In this document: piece after piece, positions 1 to 10,647 of the stretch | Numbering within the stretch: position 1 is the first letter of the stretch | Layout of the letters: the number at the start of each line of letters is the position of its first letter | NCBI GenBank assembly: GCA_054661495.1 | Contig: BAAFSQ010000318.1 | Coordinates: 1-10,647, forward strand | From: Zygophlyctis sp. KS116 | Lineage: Eukaryota > Fungi > Chytridiomycota | Direction: 5' to 3' | DNA: 10,647 nucleotides | Made by a program: the position numbers and the translations under genes | The notes under the pieces: generated by a model | What the model saw: the letters and a program-made list of their open reading frames with translations, nothing else | Told to the model about the DNA's origin: nothing | Databases searched by the model: none

Positions 1-1525
1 CGATGAAGATCTAGAGGAAAGTGGGGACGAAATTGAATTTGACCAAGATGAACAACAAGAGTTTAATGAAGAAGAAGAAGAAATGGAAGATTATGATCAG
101 GCTACTAATTCAGAGGAATCTGGTGATGAAGATCGTGGTCACAGAAATGGAGTGGATGATGATTTTTTCTCTTTAGATGCAATGGAAAAGTTTGCTGATG
201 CAATGGACAAAAGAGAGGAAGATGGTCAGAGTCAGCGGGACTCTGAAAGTGAAATGGACTTTATAGATTCGGGTATATCTTTTACTGTTTACATATAGAG
301 TTATTGTTTCAAGATCCTGATGCTTTAGTCGAAGGGAATGAAATTGAGAATGCTAATGGTATGTTCCTTGGTTTTCTCATTTATAGATATTAGATATGAA
401 GATTTTTTTGGAAGCTCCAAAAAACCTGTACTATCAAGAAAACATTCAAAAGAGAAAGAATTTCTTCCTCCCGTAGTTGAAGAAGAGCATGTACCCTCAA
501 ATGATAATGTTCAGTCATTAGATTTAGATGACGAGTCGGATTCAGAGGGGAAAGAAGAAAAATCGAGATTTGAAAAGCAGCAGGAAAAGTTACAAAAAGT
601 CATTAAAGAGTTGGAGGCTGAGGCAGTTGCTGAAAAGGATTGGACTCTAAAGGGTGAAGTTGATGCTAGTAAAAGACCTAAAAATAGTTTGCTTGAACAG
701 ACTTTGGATGTTGATTATGCATCTAAGCCTGTTCCAGTAGTCACAGAGGAAAGTACTGCATCTCTGGAAGATATTATAAAACAAAGAATTAAAGACGAGT
801 TATGGGATGATGTGGTACGCAAAATTATTATTCCAGAGCGTGAAACCGACCCAACAAAAACAAGGGAGCCGAATGATACTAAAAATGCAAAGTCTTTAAC
901 TCAGGTATACGAAGAAGAATATCTAAGACAAACTCAAGATGAATCCTTCAAAAGTGAAAAGGATGAATCTCTTGAAAAAGAACACGATGAAATTAATCAA
1001 TTATTTAATGGACTTTCCCAAGCTCTTGATGCTCTATCTAATGCATACTTCACACCCAAGGCTCCTGTTTTGGAAGTAAGAGTATTACCTAAGTTAGATG
1101 TGCCAGCCATCTCAATGGAGGAAGTTATTCCGGCAAATATTTCTGATGCAAAATTAGTTACTCCAGAGGAAGTTTACTCGACCAAAATCAAAAAGTCTGA
1201 AGAGGAGAAGAATATCCATGATCGAAAGAGAGATCGAGCCAACTTCAAAGCTCAACAGAAAAAATTGAGAGATCTTAAAGAGAAGGCTCGAAAAGATGCA
1301 GAAGTAACAAAATCATCGGGAAGAAAACGCCTTTCAGATGAACAATCGGAAAAGAATAAGGCATTGGAAGAATTGATGGGTCAGCAAAACGTTACAATTA
1401 TTTCAGACTCTAAAAATAAGCAGAAGTTAGAATCTCAAAAAGGCATCAAAGCTTCTGTAATCAAGCAAGGCGGTAAAGTCCAGCAAGAGGTGAAACGGTT
1501 TAAAACAGAACATATCAAATTATAA
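1..1525 (+). CDS. MPP10: U3 snoRNP / SSU processome protein Mpp10, 5'-truncated by the window edge; exons <1..272, 299..358, 387..1525
   Basis: Acidic N-terminal part with DDDFFSLDAMEKF. Removing GT-AG introns 273..298 (26 nt) and 359..386 (28 nt) gives ...LLFQDPDA...NANDIRYEDFF. Mpp10 motifs follow: KDWTLKGEV, RPKNSLLE, SKPVPVVTEESTASLEDIIKQRI, KSLTQVYEEEY, LDALSNAYFTPK, AISMEEVIP. Stop TAA at 1523-1525. Confidence 0.93.
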
Positions 1526-1550
1526 CTTTTCCAAAAACAATCACTTACGA

Positions 1551-2748
1551 TTAATCTGATTTAAGACTAATAAATTTAAGTTCTTCTTCAACTTGATGAC
1601 CTGCCAAAGTACCAGGATAATACACAGCAGTCGGTGAACTTGCAAATTGATCAAGTGGAGTCAACATTTGATCAGACGCAACGTGTGAAAAAAGCGTACT
1701 TGAAATTCTCCACAATGGACGATTATTTGCTTTTTGGCGTTCGATTGCCTATAATTTTTAAAATATCGTAATACCTTCACTGTCTCATCCGTTACAACCA
1801 CTTCATGAAATCCAGCCTTAACTACACCTCCTGTTAACCATTCAAATTGCTTTCCAGCCTGAACAAGAAGACAACCATCACGAATTCTAACTAAAAGTTT
1901 CTTATTGTCCCTTGTCCACACATACAACCCAGGAAAACGACTCTTTCCATGAATTGTCATAAAGTTTAAATCAGTATGAAATCCAGCCAAAACTGTACCA
2001 ACTTTATTATACAAGCTCAAATCTGATATGATTATGTTGAAATCAAATTACCACTCGCCTAATTTTAAAAACTAAATATTATTACCGTTGGAGCCAACAA
2101 ATGAGGCCCACCTTTAATAAGACTAGTAAAGGTATTTTTAGGCATTCCAAACCCAATTGCTACCATTTCACTCAACACCTCTACAGCAGAAAGCATAGAG
2201 TATCCCCAATGATCCATATTCTTACTCCAAGTAGGAAAATCTATAATTTAGTATTTAATAATTACCTTTAGGAACGACTGATGGAGCGTTTAACTGTTTA
2301 AATTGAGTGGTTACTACTGGTGGTTGTCCAATTCTCCAAAACTATATTAAGATTAATCAAAAGATACAAATCTCCATTTGGGATCCTTTTGCCCAAATGA
2401 GTGAGGCTTATCCTCTTCATCCAAAGAGTCAATATATTCCAGACACTTTAAATCTCGTCCACAACGAGGAAGTTCAGTATGATCTGGCGTTGCGCCCACT
2501 TGATAAGACAGTTGTGGCCGAACATCAAGCATCTTTGTTTCTGTCGGCTGATTGAAATAATCTTCTAGCAGATCAAGAAATTCAGAATTGTCTTGTTCAG
2601 TGACTCTAGAGTCAAGAACTGAACATGCAGAGTACTTTAAGAAAGCGTCCGAAGCCTTTTTACATTGCATCATGGCTTCATCAGAGGATGGATCTTTAAG
2701 GAATGGAGTCAAATCAATTACTGGAAGCTCAAAAGTAGTTTCTACCAT
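1551..2748 (-). CDS. 2-oxoglutarate/Fe(II)-dependent dioxygenase (isopenicillin N synthase-like fold), 354 aa; exons 2748..2368, 2341..2266, 2240..2086, 2058..2052, 2022..1775, 1748..1551
   Basis: N-terminal LPVIDL, Fe-binding HxD (GFHTDLNFMTIHG), distal His (GFHEVVV) and RxS (WRISST). Five GT-AG introns (2342..2367, 2241..2265, 2059..2085, 2023..2051, 1749..1774) join the ORF fragments into one 1065-nt frame ending in TAA at 1553-1551. Substrate unknown. Confidence 0.88.
2052..2058 (-). other. 7-nt micro-exon (GCGAGTG) in the dioxygenase gene
   Basis: Flanked by TAG| and |GTAATT. It is required to keep the frame and yields LLAPT-AS-DLSLYNK. Confidence 0.85.
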
Positions 2749-2776
2749 ATCTCTTAATTAAAAGGCTTGTGCATTC

Positions 2777-2798
2777 GTCAGCAGCGAGTCAGCAGCGA
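2777..2798. repeat. Perfect 11-bp tandem duplication GTCAGCAGCGA x2
   Basis: Copies at 2777-2787 and 2788-2798, in a GC-rich patch just upstream of the dioxygenase ATG. Confidence 0.9.
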
Positions 2799-4746
2799 AG
2801 CAGAGCACGCCGTTGCTTGATCAAGTTTTCATTCTGTCTCATTATGACAAGATAATTACCTGTTTTGCACGAGTGGCTTCTAATTGCATTTTGAATTCGA
2901 TATTATCTGATCCAACTGATTTCTTCAAAATTGAAAGTTTCGTAGTCTGTGGACCAAGTGGTATTTTTAAAGGTATATTTGATGTTTGTCTTAGAGATTC
3001 AATTCCTGTTAGATGATCTGCATTACTGAAATTAAGACGATTTTGTAGAGTATTTGCACGATCAGCAAGAATATTTTTCCTTGTATTTTCAATCTATCTT
3101 TAACTTTTTAATTTCTTACAGAAATTTTTTGATATTCTAATTGATTACATAGAGTATTATTGTCATTCACTAATTTTTCTATAGTATCACGTTCCCTGGC
3201 TTTCTTTAAGTCAATATAAGAGTACCTAATTCATTCTTGATTGTAGTGATTTGTTTTAAATTTAAGGAAATTTCAGACTCTTTAAAATTAATTATTTCTT
3301 TTTCTGCTTTAAGTTGTATTTCAAGAGATTCCAATTCTTGTTTTTCTATTCGCAATTTACCATTTTTAAGATGATGATCTGCTATTTTATCCAAGAGTAA
3401 AGATTTTTCTCTTTCAAGAACAAGTCTTTCTATTTAATTAGAGACTTAAAAGCGATTACCTGTTTTTAAAGATTCTAGTTCATTTCCAATTGATCTCTTT
3501 ACATCTTGTTCCCAGTCTTGTTGTATTTTCTTGTCTAAATCCAACTGTGCTCTTTCTCTTTGAATTTGATTTTTATCCTATATAAGTAATTAGAAATATT
3601 GAATTACATCAATAATATGCTGAAGCATTTTAGATTTTTCAAGTTTCCAGTCTTCAAGTAATTTAAGAGTATTGTTTTTTTCTTTAGTCAACTCTTGCAA
3701 AAGTCTTTCTTTATCTTGTGAAACACTATCCTTGACATTACTTTTAATAAATACCATTTTTGATTTTAATTGCAACTGATCATTAGCTTTTTGTGCTTCA
3801 TAAATCCCCCTTTCTTTTTGAAATTCTTGTTTTTCAGATTCAAGAGAATGTCTTAAATCTTTAAGCTACTTTTTTAAATTATTTATAATTGCCTTTTTCT
3901 CTTGTTCAGAATTTAAAACTGCCCAGTTTTGATTATCTTTAGACATCTAATACTTTAGTCTTTAAATTACTTGATCCAGCTTTTGTTCCTTTGCGATAAT
4001 AATATCTTCTCTCGTTTTTAAAGATTTAATCTGATCCATTCTAACAGTGTCTTGTATATCAAGCACAGTTTTTGTATTTTCTTCTAATTTAGAAACTAGA
4101 GACTTGACTTGATCCATCTTTTCAGAATTTGTAAACTCTTCCATCTATAACTTAAATTCTCTTGAATTACTTGCAAAAGATGTTTTTTGGTCATGTCCGA
4201 AAATTCATCTTTGAATCTTGATTCTTGGGCCTTGATTTGAAATTTAAGATTTTTTATTAAATCTGATTTTTCCTGTAAAGGAGTTTCATATTGTATATTT
4301 AGAGCCTTGCTTTGTAAATTCTCTAATTGATCTTTATCCTTGTAATTATCGGACAAGACTTTTGAAGTCAAGTCTTTCTGTGAATTTAAAGACTGAATTA
4401 ATTGACCAGATGTAGAATGTATAGTATTTTGGAAATTATCAAGATCTGAAATTCCATCTTCGGACACTTCAATATCTGCAATTGAAGACAATGAATCATC
4501 CGTCTGCTCTTTTGTCTGATTTAACTGACATTCTTTTATCTGATTTGTAGATTGATAATCTGTTAAGAATGGCAACTGTATCTCTTTAACTAGCGGCTCT
4601 TGTTTCTGCGTTATAATTGACCTTTTCCGATCTTTTGCCGCATCCATTATAAATGATGGCATGTAATCATTATTCTTGGACTTTACAGGATCTGAAAGAC
4701 CCAATAGATTATTCAGCTCATCATCATCAATGTTAAAGTCTGCCAT
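2789..4746 (-). CDS. Uncharacterised coiled-coil protein, ~580 aa, tentatively FBF1-like (centriolar distal appendage protein); exons 4746..4171, 4144..3971, 3946..3893, 3865..3608, 3577..3460, 3429..3226, 3199..3120, 3093..2860, 2833..2789
   Basis: Eight tiny introns (4145..4170, 3947..3970, 3866..3892 GC-AG, 3578..3607, 3430..3459, 3200..3225, 3094..3119, 2834..2859) yield a continuous 1743-nt frame. It has a low-complexity N-terminus and a long E/K/Q/L-rich heptad region. The last exon and a possible extra in-frame intron (3731..3754) are uncertain. The family call is from memory only. Confidence 0.75.
3866..3892 (-). other. 27-nt GC-AG spliceosomal intron
   Basis: AAG|GCAATTATAAATAATTTAAAAAAGTAG|CTT. 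It removes an in-frame TAG, and the donor mirrors the local GTAATT consensus. Confidence 0.8.
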
Positions 4747-4893
4747 TAAATCTCCTTATTTTCTCCGATAGTATAGTATTCTATCTGATTGGATGCATGA
4801 TAATGATTGATAGTTGATGTTTAGCAGTTGAAAACAACAATAAATCATCAATCTCAAAGAGAAAGTCTCATTTTCATCGGTAAAAAAAATTAA
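4747..4893. promoter_or_regulatory. 147-nt divergent (probably bidirectional) promoter region with a candidate CCAAT box
   Basis: Lies between head-to-head start codons at 4746 (-) and 4894 (+). CTGATTGG at 4785-4792 reads CCAATCAG on the minus strand. Confidence 0.55.
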
Positions 4894-7097
4894 ATGCAAC
4901 TCAACTGGATATTATTCCTCGGGTTTCTCTCTTTGGCCTCTTGTTCAGAGGATTTGTATCAGGAGGCAATATCGGCTCTCTCTAAAAATCCTGCAAAGGG
5001 AATTCCATTGCTCGAGAAAGCTGGTATATACTAGTTTTAATGAATTAGGATACGATAACAATCATCAACAGTCGCTACACACTTTGGGAACTTATTTTTT
5101 ATTCAATTCTTCTAGTAGAAGAAATGCAACAACTGCATTCAAACACTTCTCTCAATTAGCATCTCTAGGAAACGCTACAGGACATTTGCAAGTTGGTCTG
5201 ATGTACGCAACGGGAATTGGCGTTGAAAGAGATTATGCAAAAGCTCATTTATATATTGGACTAGCTGTCATTGGAGGGAATATTCTAGCGTCACAAGTTA
5301 TGGGGTACTGGAAAATGTCTGGAATAGCTACATTGAAAAGTTGTGAGGATGCTGCTTTTTATTATGGTGAAGTTGCTGATTCAGGTATTTTTCAAGATTG
5401 GATTTATATAAAGTCTCCACAGAGTTTTATACTAGTCATCCACTAGGAAAGAATGTTCCACTAGATAAGAAAAATATTCCAGAAATAGAGTTTGGTGGGA
5501 TTTATGGGAATGGAGTCTCGGGTCCTGGGAATCCAAAGGTTCAAAAAGAATCTGAAGGTTCTCTTTCAACAAGTGATATTGTTGAATATTATACTCTACA
5601 GGCTGATGGAGGGGATAAGACTGCGCAAGTATTGGTTGCTCAAGTTTTATATATGGGAAGTGGAAGTGTTAAAGTAGACTATGTCAAGGCTAGAAAATAC
5701 GCTTTAATGGCATTTAAGCAGAATCCAATTGATGAAAATCAAAAAATTTCTAAAAAGGATTTTGATAAATATTCAATATCTGGAAATGCAGCAGATTTAC
5801 TCGGTAAAATGTATTGGCGGGGAGAGGGTGTAGAGAGGAATGATGGAATTGCTCGAAGGTGGTTTCAAAAAGGGGCTGCTGTTAATAATGCGGGATGTTT
5901 GTATGCATTGGGACTGATGTATGATGAAGGGATTGCTGATCTTCCAAAAGTAACAAGTTTTTTGTTGATTTAATAGGATCATAAAAAGGCTCTCTACTAT
6001 TTCAATGAAGCTGCCGCTATGGAGAGTCCGAATGCTTTAGTCAGGCTGGCTCTAAGACGAGGAGATTCTTCAAGCTCTTTTTCTAAACTTCAAAAGGCGT
6101 CTGGGAAGGGGAATCTAATGGGAACTTACTATTTGGCCCGTCATTACTTTGAAGGGATTGGAGTAACTGCAAATTGCATAACTGGTATTAGTGTAAGTTT
6201 ATGAATATCTTAATTTAAGTTGTTAAAGCTTATTATTCAAAAGGCTGATTGGCACCAACCTTTTACTAAAATTGGAGATGAACTCTATGACGCTGGAGAT
6301 TTTTCAGGCTCATTGATTGCATATATCTTTGCTGGTGAATTAGGATATCAAACATCGCAGACTAATGCAGCATGGATTCTTGATCAACGCCGAATCAGTA
6401 ACTCTGGTTATTCAAGAATTTTTACTGCAAATACTACCGAAAAGGATCGATACTTGCTTGCATATCCACTATGGACCAGAGCTGCAAATCAAGGAAATGT
6501 AGACGCTAGAATCAAATTGGGAGATTATTATTTCCAAAAATATTTAGGCCAAGAATTCTCGAATTCTTCAGAGGGATATGAAAAGGCTGCACAATATTAC
6601 AAATTGGCAGCTGATCATGAGTTTAGCGCCATCGCAATGTATTTATCAGAAATTAAATAATCAATAGGTGGAATTTGGCCTATATGTATGAGACTGGCTT
6701 GGGAGTAACACGAGATTATTACCTTGCAAAACGCATGTATGACCTCTGCCTTACTACAAACCCCGCTGGATATATATCTGTAGATGTCGCTCTTTTGAAA
6801 TTATATATCAAATGGGCATGGTCGTGGTTAAAAGGAGAGAATGTCCAATCCCTCTTCACTTCCCCTCCTAGCATGGATTCTCCAAAGCCTATTCTCAAAG
6901 AAGATGACTTGTACTCTATGGACGACGAACATGATAATATTTTCAATCGAAATTCTCTCTTGATCGGACTGATTGGATTAGCAACTGCAATTTACTACAT
7001 ACGACAGCAAATTGGAGCGCAGATTCCTTTAAATAGACAGCCTTTACCTACTGATGAAGAACTAGAGCCCATTCTAAACGATGACAAGGATCAGTAA
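4894..7097 (+). CDS. HRD3: ERAD ubiquitin-ligase complex subunit Hrd3/SEL1L (Sel1-like repeat type I membrane protein), 688 aa; exons 4894..5023, 5049..5384, 5414..5949, 5977..6192, 6220..6638, 6668..7097
   Basis: Signal peptide MQLNWILFLGFLSLASC. Multiple Sel1 repeats ([59 protein letters not shown]). Hrd3-type motifs ELGYQTSQTNAAWILD and WTRAANQGNVDARIKLGDYYF. C-terminal TM helix LLIGLIGLATAIYYI. Introns at 5024..5048, 5385..5413, 5950..5976, 6193..6219 and 6639..6667. Confidence 0.9.
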
Positions 7098-7158
7098 TGT
7101 CTGGTGAATCTAAATTTCGGGTCCACGTTAAGGACAGGGTGTCGCGTTTTCAACAAAA

Positions 7159-9160
7159 ATGACGTTGAGCAATTTCCTTTCTAGTGTGAGACAAAAGAGT
7201 TTAAGACAATTCTCATCATCCTCTTACTCATTGAAGATTGTGAGCAGCAAACCTTTGCGAGCATCCCAAGCCTCTGATGCTCCATTGTCCGCAGCATATC
7301 CTATAATTGACCATACTTTTGATGCTATCGTTGTCGGTGCGGGAGGTGCAGGTCTTAGAGCTGCTTTTGGCTTAAGTAAGGAAGGCTTCAAGACTGCATG
7401 CATCACCAAACTTTTCCCTACAAGATCTCATACGGTTGCTGCCCAAGGTGGAATTAATGCTGCTCTAGGAAATATGGGAGAAGATGACTGGAGATGGCAT
7501 ATGTATGATACTATCAAGGGTTCGGACTGGCTTGGAGATCAGGATGCTATTCATTATATGTGTAGAGAAGCTCCAGCTGCCGTGATTGAGCTTGAGCACT
7601 ATGGTGTGCCTTTTTCTAGGACTGAAGAGGGAAAGATTTATCAAAGAGCTTTTGGAGGCCAAAGCTTGAAATTTGGAAAAGGTAAATCTTGAAAATTCAT
7701 GTTTAAGGTGGACAAGCATATAGATGTGCTGCTGTTGCAGATCGTACTGGTCATGCTATTCTTCATACTCTTTATGGTCACTCTCTAAAGTATGACACAT
7801 CTTATTTCATTGAATTTTTCGCTCTAGATTTAATCATGGAAAATGGTGTCTGTCGTGGTGTCATTGCAATGAATATGGAAGATGGAAGTATTCATCGTTT
7901 TAGAGCTCATAAGACCGTTTTGGCAACTGGTGGTTATGGAAGAGCTTATTTCTCTTGTACATCAGCTCATACATGTACTGGTGATGGAAATGCAATGGTT
8001 TCAAGAGCTGGGTTACCTCAGCAAGATATGGAATTTGTTCAATTTCACCCTACTGGAGTATATGGAGCAGGATGTCTTATTACTGAAGGTTCTCGTGGAG
8101 AAGGTGGCTATCTTCTCAATTCAGAAGGTGAAAGATTTATGGAACGTTATGCCCCTACCGCCAAAGATCTTGCCTCTAGAGATGTAGTTTCTCGTGCAAT
8201 GACAATTGAGATTAGAGAAGGTAGAGGAGTTGGCCCTGAAAAAGATCATTGTTATTTACAGCTATCACATTTGCCAGCTGAAGTACTCAAGACTCGTCTT
8301 CCTGGAATTTCTGAAACTGCTGCTATATTCGCAGGAGTAGATGTAACAAAGGAACCTATTCCTGTCCTTCCAACTGTTCATTACAATATGGGTGGAATTC
8401 CAACTCGTTATACTGGAGAAGTTATTAAATATGAGGTATTATTTGCAATTTACTAATATAAGAATGGAAAGGATGTTGTAATTCCTGGATTGTACGCAGC
8501 AGGAGAAGCAGCATGTGTGTCTGTTCACGGAGCTAATCGTCTTGGAGCTAATTCTCTTCTTGATATTGTAGTCTTTGGAAGAGCCTGTGCTCACCACATC
8601 AAAGAGACCCTTAAACCCGGAGAACCTCATGCTCCATTGGCCAAAGATGCAGGTGCAGAATCTTTAGCTCGTTTTGATAAAGTTCGTTACGCCGATGGGG
8701 CAATCCCTTCAGCAGCAATTCGATTAGAAATGCAGAAAACCATGCAGTCTGATGCTGCTGTATTTAGAACTGAAAGCTCTTTACAGGCGGGTGTCAAGAA
8801 AATTGACGCAGTTAATCTTAAGTTAAAGGATATGAAATTAAGTGATCGCTCTCTTATTTGGTAAGTTTATGAATTATTAAAATTTAAAGGAATACGGATT
8901 TAATTGAATCCCTTGAACTCTATAACTTGATGACTAATGCTGTCCAAACAATGCATTCTGCAGCGGCTCGTAAAGAATCAAGAGGTGCTCATGCTCGTGA
9001 AGATTTCAAAGAACGATTGGATGGTGAATGGATGAAACATACACTTTCTTACCATGATATTGACTCTGGAAAAGTTGATTTAGAATACAGACCTGTCATT
9101 GGTACAACCTTGGATGAAAAGGAAGCAAAGTCAGTTCCTCCTTTTGCCAGAGTTTATTAA
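7159..9160 (+). CDS. SDH1: Mitochondrial succinate dehydrogenase flavoprotein subunit, 639 aa; exons 7159..7681, 7708..8435, 8463..8860, 8890..9160
   Basis: S/R/K-rich presequence, FAD-binding GAGGAG, flavinylated His motif [50 protein letters not shown] and C-terminal VPPFARVY. Introns 7682..7707 (26 nt), 8436..8462 (27 nt) and 8861..8889 (29 nt) restore FGKGGQAYRC and LIWNTDLIE. Confidence 0.98.
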
Positions 9161-9213
9161 CAAGATCAAAAATATTGACATTTTTGTGTTTGAGTTTAGG
9201 AAGAGTATTAGCA

Positions 9214-10591
<1,378 letters not shown>

Positions 10592-10622
10592 TTTGGGTCA
10601 AGTTATTTGACAAATTTATATT

Positions 10623-10628
10623 AATAAA
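10623..10628 (+). other. Candidate polyadenylation signal AATAAA for the AAT gene
   Basis: AATAAA about 30 nt after the TAA stop. The context is AT-rich, so this is weak. Confidence 0.35.
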
Positions 10629-10647
10629 TATAACTGTCAATGATTAT

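Noticed and set aside
1-130. GAA/GAT-rich low-complexity repeats
   Set aside because: They simply encode the acidic region of Mpp10.
338-386. ORF-track N-terminus MKLRMLMVCSLVFSF as a signal peptide of a secreted protein
   Set aside because: It is out-of-frame exon plus intron sequence of MPP10.
3346-3360. Possible 15-nt intron GTAAATTGCGAATAG on the minus strand
   Set aside because: In frame, reads as plausible coiled-coil protein (GKLRIE) and is far below the 24-nt minimum seen elsewhere.
3866-3868. Stop-codon reassignment or TAG read-through (ciliate-type code)
   Set aside because: Genes end in TAA or TGA, long exons have no internal stops, and this TAG is explained by a GC-AG intron.
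4827-4838. GTTGAAAACAAC as an RFX X-box upstream of the putative ciliary gene
   Set aside because: Only a loose palindrome with poor match to the X-box consensus.

Overview
AT-rich eukaryotic genomic DNA using the standard genetic code. Protein sequences look fungal, possibly an early-diverging zoosporic lineage (inference only). The fragmented ORF track resolves into six intact genes once introns are removed: MPP10 (5'-truncated, +), a 2OG-Fe(II) dioxygenase (-), a ~580-aa coiled-coil protein possibly FBF1-like (-), HRD3/SEL1L (+), SDH1 (+) and a mitochondrial-type aspartate aminotransferase (+). The striking feature is the gene architecture. I mapped 27 spliceosomal introns by hand: 26 are only 24-31 nt (mode 26) and one is 57 nt. 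Donors are mostly GTAWT, with +5 G in only 6 of 27. A degenerate T-N-A branch-like motif sits about 6-10 nt before the 3' end and there is no consistent pyrimidine tract. There is also a GC-AG intron and a 7-nt micro-exon. Intergenic gaps are only 25-147 nt. This points to an intron-rich, ultra-compact genome with a spliceosome adapted to tiny introns, in an organism that still respires (SDH1, mitochondrial-type AAT).
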